This document shows positions 1 through 7,831 of a stretch of 34,898 nucleotides of DNA, one piece after another. The position numbers and the translations under genes were made by a program. Source of the DNA: Chthoniobacteraceae bacterium (lineage in GTDB: Bacteria; Verrucomicrobiota; Verrucomicrobiia; Chthoniobacterales; Chthoniobacteraceae); the NCBI GenBank assembly GCA_031409655.1, contig JANNXQ010000166.1, positions 1 to 34,898 of the forward strand, in the 5' to 3' direction. The notes beneath the pieces were generated by a model. That model made no database searches. It was given only the letters and a program-made list of their open reading frames with translations, and was not told the DNA's origin. Each line of letters opens with the position of its first letter. The stretch's first letter is position 1.

Positions 1-801
1 GATCCCAAAAGTCTGGATATCGAGTTGAAGGTGGCGGAATTCGGCGAGCAGCGAAAGGCGTGGATGCCGATGCTTATCGCGAGTGCCATTGCGCGCGATC
101 GGGGTGACCTTCCGGCGGCGCTGCACCATGCCGAGCGGGCGCGGGAGATCGCGCCCGAGGCGGAGGAAGCGATCCTGCATTTCTGCGCGCTCCTCGGGCA
201 GAAGAAGGACGCGGTGCGGCTGGTTGAGGAGATCGATCCGCTCGTCTCGTCGGGAAAATATTCCCCGCGCCTCAACTGGAACTACGCGCAGGCTCTGAAA
301 AGCGCGGGAAAACAGCGCGAGGCGATCGCCACTCTCGTCATGGCGGCTTCGGCGGAAGGGGCGCCGGATGAACTCAAGCAGGCGGCGGCTTCGACGATCG
401 ACTTTTGGGAAGGTCACCTCGTGGAAAGCGGCGCGAAGATCGAACTCCTCAAAGCCGGCGTGATTGCCCGTCCGATCCTCCTCCGGATCGCCGACGGTGA
501 CGGCGCCGTGGTGCTGCATGCCGGACGGCCTCTGCCGCTGGAGGGAAAATTTCCCTGGCGCGTGCCGCCGGACGGGCGTGCGGAGACGCGCATTCCGCTG
601 CAGCAGGGGCAGGCAGGCTCGGCGCTCGAGCCGCGCGATCTGGGTTCCTTCATCGTGCGCGGCCTGCCTCCGGTCACCGGAGGTGCGCACACCTTGCAAT
701 GTCAGATCGCCGCGTCGCCGCAAGGGACCATCCTCTTCCGCGCGGAACTCGGCAATCGAGTGCTGCGCGTCGCGTGGGAGCCGCCGCTGTTGGAAGTTTA
801 A
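1..801 (+). CDS. 5'-truncated TPR-repeat protein with C-terminal Hsp70 substrate-binding-domain-like region
   Basis: Frame is open from base 1 to TAA at 799-801. TPR-like helices (AALHHAERAREIAP; NYAQALKSAGKQREAIATL). C-terminus IPLQQG...DLGSFIVRGLPPVTGG resembles DnaK IHVLQG...[16 protein letters not shown]. Confidence 0.6.
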   Translation, partial: DPKSLDIELKVAEFGEQRKAWMPMLIASAIARDRGDLPAALHHAERAREIAPEAEEAILHFCALLGQKKDAVRLVEEIDPLVSSGKYSPRLNWNYAQALKSAGKQREAIATLVMAASAEGAPDELKQAAASTIDFWEGHLVESGAKIELLKAGVIARPILLRIADGDGAVVLHAGRPLPLEGKFPWRVPPDGRAETRIPLQQGQAGSALEPRDLGSFIVRGLPPVTGGAHTLQCQIAASPQGTILFRAELGNRVLRVAWEPPLLEV

Positions 802-1661
802 CTCACGAACTCCAACTCCACCGGCGCCGGGATGAGCCCGAGCGCGTGGCCGCGGGCGAGGAATTCGCGGATCGCGCGCCGGCCGATGTCGCCGTAGTCG
901 AGCGTGAAGTCATTCACGTACATCCCGATGAACTGGTCGGCCAGCGAAGTGTCCATGCCGCGCGCCAGCGGCATGGCGTGGGCGACGCCTGCCGCGCGAT
1001 GCTGGAGGCCGTAGCGGATGCTCTCGGCGAGGATCGCATTGATCTCACTCCGCGCGGCAGGGGCGAGGTCTTTGCGGATGACATTGCCGCCGAGTGGGAG
1101 CGGCAGGCCAGTGCCCGCTTTCCACCACTCGCCGAGATCCACGATCTTCCGGAAGCCGTCGCGGGCATAGGTGAGCTGGCCTTCGTGGATGATCAGTCCC
1201 ACGTCGCTCTGGCCAGATTCGACGTGCGCGAAAATTTCATCGAAAGGCACGACGACGAAGTTTTCCGGCCGCGCCTCAAAGTAGATCCCGAGGGCGAGGA
1301 AGGCGCTGGTCATCAGTCCGGGGACGGCGATCTTTTTCGACCGCAGCCAGGCGCGCGTGGCGGCTTCGTCCTTGAGGTCGGGGACGGCGGTGTCCTGGCG
1401 CGCGATGAGCATCGGGCCGTAGCCATCGCCCATGCTCGCGCCGCAGGGCAGCAGGGCGTACTGATCCAGCACCGAGGCGTAGGCGTGAATGGAGATCGCG
1501 GAGATGTGCAGCTCACCGCGGGTGGCGCGTTCGTTGAGCGTCTGGATGTCTTGGAGGATGTGCTCGAAGGTCCACGAGCCAGTGGCGATTTTGTGTTCCG
1601 CGAGCGCGTAAAACATGAAGGCGTCGTCGGGATCTGGAGAGTGGCCGAGGGTCAGGAGCAT
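798..1661 (-). CDS. mqnD: 1,4-dihydroxy-6-naphthoate synthase (futalosine menaquinone pathway, MqnA/MqnD family)
   Basis: LGHSPDPDDAFMFYAL, DIQTLN, GDGYGP, IHEGQLTY, DLGEWW, LPLPLG and YVN motifs typical of MqnD; 287 aa. Confidence 0.9.
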   Translation of the reverse strand: MLLTLGHSPDPDDAFMFYALAEHKIATGSWTFEHILQDIQTLNERATRGELHISAISIHAYASVLDQYALLPCGASMGDGYGPMLIARQDTAVPDLKDEAATRAWLRSKKIAVPGLMTSAFLALGIYFEARPENFVVVPFDEIFAHVESGQSDVGLIIHEGQLTYARDGFRKIVDLGEWWKAGTGLPLPLGGNVIRKDLAPAARSEINAILAESIRYGLQHRAAGVAHAMPLARGMDTSLADQFIGMYVNDFTLDYGDIGRRAIREFLARGHALGLIPAPVELEFVS

Positions 1662-1664
1662 GGG

Positions 1665-1685
1665 GATTTCAGATTTAAGATTTGC
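1665..1685. repeat. Three imperfect heptamer units GATTTCA GATTTAA GATTTGC
   Basis: Read directly; spans the crcB stop codon and the crcB-mqnD spacer. Confidence 0.5.
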
Positions 1686-2037
1686 GGAGGAGTGCGCCGC
1701 ACAGGTGGCCGAGCCAGACGGCGGCGAGGGAGAGGATGACGGAAAGGGCGACGTTGTTGCCGGCGGTGGTCCAGCGGCCTTCGTGGGCCAGTTCGAGGGT
1801 CTGGAGGCTGAAGGTGGAGAAGGTCGTGTAACCGCCGAGAACGCCGATCATGAAGAGCTGGCGGGTGAAAGGCATCGGCCCGAGCGCGGCCAGAAAACCG
1901 ATCACAAACGAGCCGCTCACATTCACAAAGACCGTGCCGAGATGGGCGTGCCCAAGCCGCGTCGCAACGACTGCCGAGAGCCAGAAGCGCAAGACGCCGC
2001 CAAGTGCGCTCCCGAGGGCGACCCAGAAGTAGCTCAT
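1675..2037 (-). CDS. crcB: Fluoride channel Fluc/CrcB
   Basis: 120 aa hydrophobic protein with GSALGGVLRF, GTVFVNVSGSF and GVLGGYTTFSTF signatures. Confidence 0.95.
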   Translation of the reverse strand: MSYFWVALGSALGGVLRFWLSAVVATRLGHAHLGTVFVNVSGSFVIGFLAALGPMPFTRQLFMIGVLGGYTTFSTFSLQTLELAHEGRWTTAGNNVALSVILSLAAVWLGHLCGALLRKS

Positions 2038-2930
2038 TTTCCGAAGAGCCCTCGAGCGCGTAGCCAGAGTTCCGCCCGGCCGGGCCAGTCGCCAGGTGCC
2101 TGGGTAGTGTTTGGCCGCAGGCCGAAGCCGTGCCCGCCGGTGCTGTAGATGTGCAGTTCGGCGGAGACCTTCGCCTGGCGCAGCGCCAGGAAGGCGAGGG
2201 TGCTGCCCTCGGCGAGCGAGCCAGGATCGTCATTGGCCTGCGCGATGAAGGTCGCCGGGGTGCTGGCGCCGATGCGGATCTCGGGCTTCAGCTCGGTGGT
2301 GGAGCCGTCGGCGAGGATCTTCCACGGATAGCAGAGCATCAGGAAATCCGGGCGGCAGCTCGTCGCATCCACGGCGTCGGCAGCGGGGTAAAGGCGCGCG
2401 TCGTCGTTCGTCGCGGCGATCAGCGCCACCTGTCCTCCGGCGGAGAAGCCGAAGAGCCCGACGCGCTCCGGCTGCACGCCGAGTTCCGGCGCGCGGGCGC
2501 GCACCAGGCTGATGGCGCGTTGGGTGTCCTGGGCCGGGAAGTCCCACGGCTTTGGGAGCTTGTTCGTCGGGCAGCGATGCTGGAGCACGGCGGCGACGAA
2601 GCCCCGCTCGCGGAACCAAACCGCCAGCTCCGAGCCCTCGTGCTCCGAAGCGAGGATGCCGAATCCTCCGCCGGGAACGATGACCACGGCGGTCCCGTTT
2701 TTGCCCGTCGCAGGCTCGTAAAATTCGAGGCGCGGCTCCGCGATATTGGTCAGCCGCTGGATGGGCAATTTGTCCGTCGGCTTCGGCTCCGTCACGATCT
2801 CCGGCCCCGGCGTCACGAAGTCCCCCGGCGGCTTCGTCTCCCAGAGCTTCCAGACTCGCGAGGGCTCCGCCAAAGCAGGCAGGCTCGCGATGAGAGCGAG
2901 GGCAGCGACGAGGGCAGACACGGATTTCAT
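2034..2930 (-). CDS. Secreted alpha/beta hydrolase (carbohydrate esterase/lipase-like)
   Basis: Signal peptide from ATG at 2930 (MKSVSALVAALALIASLPALA), PGGGF oxyanion region, GFSAGG nucleophile, GGHGFG catalytic His; ATGA overlap with crcB. Confidence 0.85.
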   Translation of the reverse strand: MKSVSALVAALALIASLPALAEPSRVWKLWETKPPGDFVTPGPEIVTEPKPTDKLPIQRLTNIAEPRLEFYEPATGKNGTAVVIVPGGGFGILASEHEGSELAVWFRERGFVAAVLQHRCPTNKLPKPWDFPAQDTQRAISLVRARAPELGVQPERVGLFGFSAGGQVALIAATNDDARLYPAADAVDATSCRPDFLMLCYPWKILADGSTTELKPEIRIGASTPATFIAQANDDPGSLAEGSTLAFLALRQAKVSAELHIYSTGGHGFGLRPNTTQAPGDWPGRAELWLRARGLFGK

Positions 2931-3115
2931 GGTTGAAAGATGAGCGCAGATTCCTACGCGCCCCGCAAGCGGGCAGACGTGGCGCGGGGAAAGCCGGGAC
3001 TTTATCGGCGTCCTTGCTGACCCCGTCGCAGTGTGCAAAGAGGCCTAAATTTTTCCCAGCAAAGCGCCGACTCGTGGGTTATGACTGCAAGCGAACCTCC
3101 AGAACTTCAAATCAC

Positions 3116-3673
3116 ATGTTTGGCAATAAATCGAAAAAGAAAGCCGCTTGGGTCCAGTCTGCACTCGAACGCTACGAGCGCCCACTCATCCAGTACGCGA
3201 TGAGCATCGTCGGTGAAGTCGAACGCGCCCGGGACATTGCGCAGGAAACTTTCATGCGCCTGCACAATCAGGAGCAGGAGGCGATCGAAGGCCATCTTTC
3301 GCAGTGGCTCTTCACGGTGTGCCGGAATTGCGCCCTCAAGTCGTTGAAGAAAGAGGACCGCTACATCTACGTGGAGGCTCAGGAATTTGAGCAGAAGAAG
3401 TGCGAATCACTCACCCCCCTGATGGAGTTGGAGCGCAAGGAACGCATCCAACGCATGATGGAGCTCGTGAAAGAGCTCCCCAAGAACCAGCACGAGGTCG
3501 TGCGCCTGCGGTTCTACCACCACCACTCGTATCAAGAGATCAGCGAAATCACCGGACTGAGCGTCGGGAACGTAGGGTTCCTCCTCAATGCCGCAATGCG
3601 CAATCTCCGCGGGAAACTCGACCGTGACGAGAAAGACGAGAAGATCATCTACCTCACTAAAGGAGCGGCCTAG
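3116..3673 (+). CDS. ECF RNA polymerase sigma factor
   Basis: Region 2 (ARDIAQETFMRL; WLFTVCRN) and region 4 (LPKNQHEVVRLRF; SYQEISEITGLSVGNV). ATG at 3116 preferred over the ORF-track start at 2933. Confidence 0.9.
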   Translation: MFGNKSKKKAAWVQSALERYERPLIQYAMSIVGEVERARDIAQETFMRLHNQEQEAIEGHLSQWLFTVCRNCALKSLKKEDRYIYVEAQEFEQKKCESLTPLMELERKERIQRMMELVKELPKNQHEVVRLRFYHHHSYQEISEITGLSVGNVGFLLNAAMRNLRGKLDRDEKDEKIIYLTKGAA

Positions 3674-3675
3674 CC

Positions 3676-4281
3676 ATGCGCGGACAAATCAGCGATCAAG
3701 ATCTCACTAACTACGCTCTTAATGAGCTGCAACCGGAGGAGCGTTTCTACGTCGAATCCATGCTCGCCGTGCGCGAGGAGTGCCGGAATGACGTTTATGA
3801 AATGATCGAGCTCTCGCAGATCCTCGAAGAGGGCTTTGAGGCGCAGGAAGAGCAGACCTCGGCCTATACCCTCACTGCTGAACAGCGGGAAACGCTGATG
3901 AATGTGCGCGTCGCTCCGCGTTGGATTCCGCAGACGGCGGCCGCGCTCGCCGCAGCCGCTTGCGCCACGTTTGCCATCACGCATCCGGGCCTCTGGGACC
4001 TCAAAGGTCCGACTGCGGATGCCGTCCGCCAAGCGTCAATCGACATCACCAAGGTGGTCTCTGAGGCCTTAAACACGACCGTCGCGAGTGTGACTGCGCC
4101 TGAAATCGCCGATGTGGACTTGCAGATCGGGACATTCCGCAAGCTCGCCGAGGATCCCGCGCTCAAGAAGTGGTTCACCACGGAATGGCCATCGCCGGAA
4201 TTCGTGGCCCCTGAAGGTCCTTGGATGCAGCCTCCCGCGGTCTGGGATCCAATGCCGCAAGTGTTGCTCGATATGCCCTAG
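3676..4281 (+). CDS. Putative membrane-anchored anti-sigma factor
   Basis: 2 bp after the sigma gene; N-terminal LTNYALNELQPEERFYVESML resembles anti-sigma domains; one hydrophobic segment (TAAALAAAACATFAIT). Confidence 0.65.
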   Translation: MRGQISDQDLTNYALNELQPEERFYVESMLAVREECRNDVYEMIELSQILEEGFEAQEEQTSAYTLTAEQRETLMNVRVAPRWIPQTAAALAAAACATFAITHPGLWDLKGPTADAVRQASIDITKVVSEALNTTVASVTAPEIADVDLQIGTFRKLAEDPALKKWFTTEWPSPEFVAPEGPWMQPPAVWDPMPQVLLDMP

Positions 4282-4317
4282 CGGGATCGGGGCGTCAGGC
4301 CACTCCACCAATATTTT

Positions 4318-4363
4318 CAACGCCGTTCGTGCAGTCCCTGCCGAACGGCGTTGTTGTTTTTTT
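4318..4363 (+). terminator. Rho-independent terminator of the sigma/anti-sigma operon
   Basis: CAACGCCGTTCG(T)GCAG-TCC-CTGCCGAACGGCGTTG stem followed by TTGTTTTTTT, about 36 bp after the anti-sigma stop. Confidence 0.8.
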
Positions 4364-4419
4364 GGACAGGCTCACTGCAGGACCGCACGCCCGGTCTGCT
4401 GGGATGACGCGGATTTTTT

Positions 4420-4498
4420 ACCACAGATGACACCGATCACACAGATGGAGAAAGAGGACGCATTCGCGGTGTTCCAACCCATCCGTGTCATCTGTGGT
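4420..4498. repeat. Inverted-repeat element built on 9-bp CACAGATGA-like units
   Basis: ACCACAGATGACACCGAT (4420-4437) versus ATCCGTGTCATCTGTGGT (4481-4498): 17/18 complementary. Left arm continues with 9-bp periodicity. Confidence 0.75.
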
Positions 4499-4566
4499 TG
4501 ATCTCTTCTGCGCAATCCCGGGTTGAGGCGCCCGGTTCCAGAAACCGAGCGAGCGATCGGCGTTCG

Positions 4567-7500
4567 TCAGCGTTTGACGGTTTCAGCGAAGGGCACACCG
4601 TTCGCGGAGCACCACTCCTGCGCGCGCTTGTGGCCGGCTTCCGCGGCCTTCTTATACCAATTTCCAGCCTGCAACCGGTTCTTCGCGAGGCCGGTGCCTT
4701 CACCCAGACACTGGGCGAGCAAATACATGCCGTGGGCGTCGCCGGCATTTGCGGCCTTCTGAAAGAACTCGACGCCTTTCGCTTCATCCTTCCGCACCCC
4801 TTCGCCCAAGATATAGAGCACTCCGAGGTTGGAGTAGGCCTCCGGCAGTTCGCTCTTCGCAGCCTCCGTGAAAAGTTGGAAGGCCTGCTTAGCGTCACGT
4901 TCGACGCCGATCCCATTGTGGTAGCAAAAGCCCAGGCGATTCGTCCCGCGGACGTTCCCCATACCCGCGGCCTCGCGCAGCAGTTCCACCGCGTGTTTCT
5001 CATCCTTGGCCACGCCCTTGCCGCCGAGATAGCACTCCCCGAGCGCAGCTTTCGCGGCCGGGTCGCCTTTTTCCGAGGCGTCCTGGAAGCAGGCCACCGC
5101 CTTGGGCAGATCGATCGCGCAGCCGTCCCCGTTCGAGAGCATCAGGCCAAGCTGGGTGATCGCGTCCACGTGGCCGCGCGCGGCGGCAGCGGACATCCAA
5201 TTAAAGGAGGCCACCCGGTCGCGGTCGCGCAAGCTGTCCGCCAGGAGCGCCATCGCCTGCACGATGTCGCGGCCGGCGGCTTCGGTGAGCCCGTCTTTCA
5301 TCGCCGCGTAGGCCTCGAGCGGGAGTCCTTTCGGCATCTTGATCAGCTTGCCGAGCATCATTTCGATCCGCACGCGCCCGGCTTCGTTCTCGGGATACTC
5401 CCTCATCGTGGTGAGATACGAAGTGAGCGCCTCGGGCCACCTTTTGTCCGCTTCGAGCAGGTCGCCTTCCGCGAGCGACGCCTTGAGCAGTTCACCGCGA
5501 CTCGGGGTCGGCGGCTCGGGCAGCATCGGGACCGCGGGCGGCCGCGGAATCGTGGTGACGACTGTTTCGCCAGGCGGCGGTGGCTCGGGGCTGATCGGTG
5601 TGGGGGTCGCATCGGCAATCCGGCCGCCGGGGCGGGTCGATGGCGCGTGGTCCGGCTCCGCAGGATCCTGGCGCGCGAAAAACCACACCGCAGCCCCGAT
5701 GGCGATGACCGTGGCCACGCCCCCGAAGAAGGCGACCGGAACCTTCTTGCTCGAAGCCGCCAGGCGCGGCGGCGGGAGCGGGGGCGGCCCCGGCGGGCGA
5801 ATCGCAGCTGAGTGCGCCAGCTTCGGCTCCACGCGTTTCGCTTCCAGCCCAGGAATGGCCGCGAGCGCACGATAGAAAGCCTCCGCCGTGGGGAATGAGG
5901 TCGCCGGATCGAGCGCCCGCTTCAGCGCCGCATTGCCCGCTTCGGACAAGGTGGTCAGTGGCGTGTAACCCTTCGCCGCGACGTGGCTGCCCGGAGGCAG
6001 AGTGCCGCCGAGCATTTCATAGACGATCGACGCGAGCGCCTGCACCCACGCCGCCTGCGGCCCTTGCTCCTCGACGGTGGCGTGCGCCGGGCTCCCGACC
6101 ATTGTCTCGCCACCTGCCCAGGTCTGCGAAAGTGAAAGCTCCTGGGTGATGCCGAGCGGATTCAGCTTCACCGTGAAGGCCGGCCAGGCACCGACGGGCG
6201 TGCGCAAAAGGGTGTCTTTCTCAAAAGGCGCGGTGAAATGAAACCGCACCTCATGCAGCGCAAAATCGACCCGACGCAGCCCTGCGCCGACGGCGGCATC
6301 CGCGCCAGAGGCCGCTTGGGCAAGGATCGGGAGCACCTCCCGCGCACTGAGTTCACGCCTCGCGCGGAGCAGTTCGAGCAGCGTGAAACCCTCCGTCCAC
6401 TCCATCGCCAGGTAGCACGCGCCTTCGATCGCTTCGAGGTCGTAGATGCGCAGGAGATTCGGGTGCTTGAGGGGCGCGATGCGCGCGATTTCGCTCTCGA
6501 TCTGCGCCGCGGCGGAAGGCCCCTGCAAGATCTCCGCCTTTAGCCGGAGCAGCCGCACATCCCGCTGCAGGCTGGCGTCGTGGGCGCGGAAAAGTTTCCC
6601 CGCATTGGTCTCCCCACGCGTCTCGATGATTCGGTAGCGCGCGGCGATCGTGGCACCCGTCTCCCAGGCCGACTCCGCAGCCCGCCCCGCCACGTCCTCG
6701 AGCAGCGTGGCAAAATTCTCCTCATCGCCTACCGCCTGCGCGACTGCGCCCGGGTTGTCCGCGAGCTGGCTGGAGCAGGCCTCGATCTCCTGCCGCAGAT
6801 CGACCGGCGATTGCGGGCGGCCCGCCGGATCTTTCTCCAGCATGCGCCCCAGCAGCGCGGCGAGCGGCGCGGGGAGATCGCCGAATTGCTCAAATGGTGG
6901 CGGCTTGGAAAGATGCTGGCTCATCACCTGCGCCATCGAGCCGGCGAAGGGCGTCTGTCCCGTGAGCATGTACCAGAGCGTGACCCCGAGACTGTAGATG
7001 TCGCTGCGCACATCGATGTCCTTTTCCTCGAGCTGCTCGGGACTCGCAAAGTGCGGCGTGCCAACGAAGCCACCCATCGAGATCGTGGCCGCATCCTCCG
7101 CGCCCGAGCCCGCCGTGCTGCTCTTTGCGAGGCCGAAATCGATCACCTTCACCACCAGCTCGTCATCCTCGCGCACGAGCATCAGATTCGCCGGTTTGAT
7201 GTCGCGGTGGACGAGTTCGTGCCGTTGCGCGGCATTCAGCGCGCGCGCCACTTGGTCAGTGATTTGCAGCGCCAGCAGTGGATTCAGCGGGCCCTGGCGT
7301 TTGATCAGCGCGTCGAGCGTTTCGCCGTCGATGTACTCCATCGCGTAGAACCAATTCTCCGTCCCCGTGCCGAGATGATACACGGTGGCCACATTGCGAT
7401 GCCGCAGCTTCGCCGCCGACCGCGCCTCGCGGACAAAGCGTTGCCGGGCGACCTCGCTGTCGAGGAAGGTGCCGTTGATCACCTTCAGCGCGACGGGCAC

Positions 7501-7620
7501 GCGCAGGTTCGTATCGAAGGCCTTGTAGGTGATGCCCATCGCGCCGCGGCCGAGCTCGTGGAGCGAGCCATCGTCGCGGGTCTGCACCTCGTAGTGCTCA
7601 AAAGTGATGGTCTCAGGCAT
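4567..7620 (-). CDS. Membrane Ser/Thr protein kinase: kinase + degenerate second kinase domain + TM + Sel1-like repeats
   Basis: GRGAMG, VALK, HRDIKPAN, DFG and GTPHFASPEQ in domain 1; second kinase-like fold lacks these motifs; TM VAFFGGVATVIAIGAAVWFF; Sel1 repeats (LGECYLGGKGVAKD, LGFCYHNGIGVERD, LGVLYILGEGVRKD). Confidence 0.92.
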   Translation of the reverse strand: MPETITFEHYEVQTRDDGSLHELGRGAMGITYKAFDTNLRVPVALKVINGTFLDSEVARQRFVREARSAAKLRHRNVATVYHLGTGTENWFYAMEYIDGETLDALIKRQGPLNPLLALQITDQVARALNAAQRHELVHRDIKPANLMLVREDDELVVKVIDFGLAKSSTAGSGAEDAATISMGGFVGTPHFASPEQLEEKDIDVRSDIYSLGVTLWYMLTGQTPFAGSMAQVMSQHLSKPPPFEQFGDLPAPLAALLGRMLEKDPAGRPQSPVDLRQEIEACSSQLADNPGAVAQAVGDEENFATLLEDVAGRAAESAWETGATIAARYRIIETRGETNAGKLFRAHDASLQRDVRLLRLKAEILQGPSAAAQIESEIARIAPLKHPNLLRIYDLEAIEGACYLAMEWTEGFTLLELLRARRELSAREVLPILAQAASGADAAVGAGLRRVDFALHEVRFHFTAPFEKDTLLRTPVGAWPAFTVKLNPLGITQELSLSQTWAGGETMVGSPAHATVEEQGPQAAWVQALASIVYEMLGGTLPPGSHVAAKGYTPLTTLSEAGNAALKRALDPATSFPTAEAFYRALAAIPGLEAKRVEPKLAHSAAIRPPGPPPLPPPRLAASSKKVPVAFFGGVATVIAIGAAVWFFARQDPAEPDHAPSTRPGGRIADATPTPISPEPPPPGETVVTTIPRPPAVPMLPEPPTPSRGELLKASLAEGDLLEADKRWPEALTSYLTTMREYPENEAGRVRIEMMLGKLIKMPKGLPLEAYAAMKDGLTEAAGRDIVQAMALLADSLRDRDRVASFNWMSAAAARGHVDAITQLGLMLSNGDGCAIDLPKAVACFQDASEKGDPAAKAALGECYLGGKGVAKDEKHAVELLREAAGMGNVRGTNRLGFCYHNGIGVERDAKQAFQLFTEAAKSELPEAYSNLGVLYILGEGVRKDEAKGVEFFQKAANAGDAHGMYLLAQCLGEGTGLAKNRLQAGNWYKKAAEAGHKRAQEWCSANGVPFAETVKR

Positions 7621-7628
7621 CTGGAGGA

Positions 7629-7772
7629 AAATCCGAAACTCGAAGCTCGAAACTCGAAGCAGTTTTCAAATGCTGGAAAAGAGAGGGAAACGGCAAGAGT
7701 CGGGTCCGAGTCGGCTTCAAAATTTCAAGCATTTGGAATTTGTTTCGAGTTTCGAGTTTCGGATTTCGAGCT
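7629..7772. repeat. Long inverted repeat with heptamer (AAACTCG-type) arrays in each arm
   Basis: Left AAATCCG AAACTCG AAGCTCG AAACTCG AAGCAGTTTTCAAATGCTGGAAA; right TTTCAAGCATTTGGAATTTGTTT CGAGTTT CGAGTTT CGGATTT CGAGCTT. The arms are largely complementary. Confidence 0.85.
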
Positions 7773-7831
7773 TTCAGTAAATCGGGCTTCGAGCTTTCCC
7801 CGGTGGTGCGCTTTCTGCAACTTGTAGCCGT

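Noticed and set aside
2931..3115. Fluoride riboswitch upstream of the crcB-containing operon
   Set aside because: Minus-strand TGCGACGGGGTCAGCA loosely resembles the 5' part, but the conserved 3' GCTRATGAC segment is absent. An Infernal search with the Rfam fluoride model would settle it.
7629..7772. CRISPR array
   Set aside because: Units are 7 bp and contiguous, with no spacers and no cas genes.
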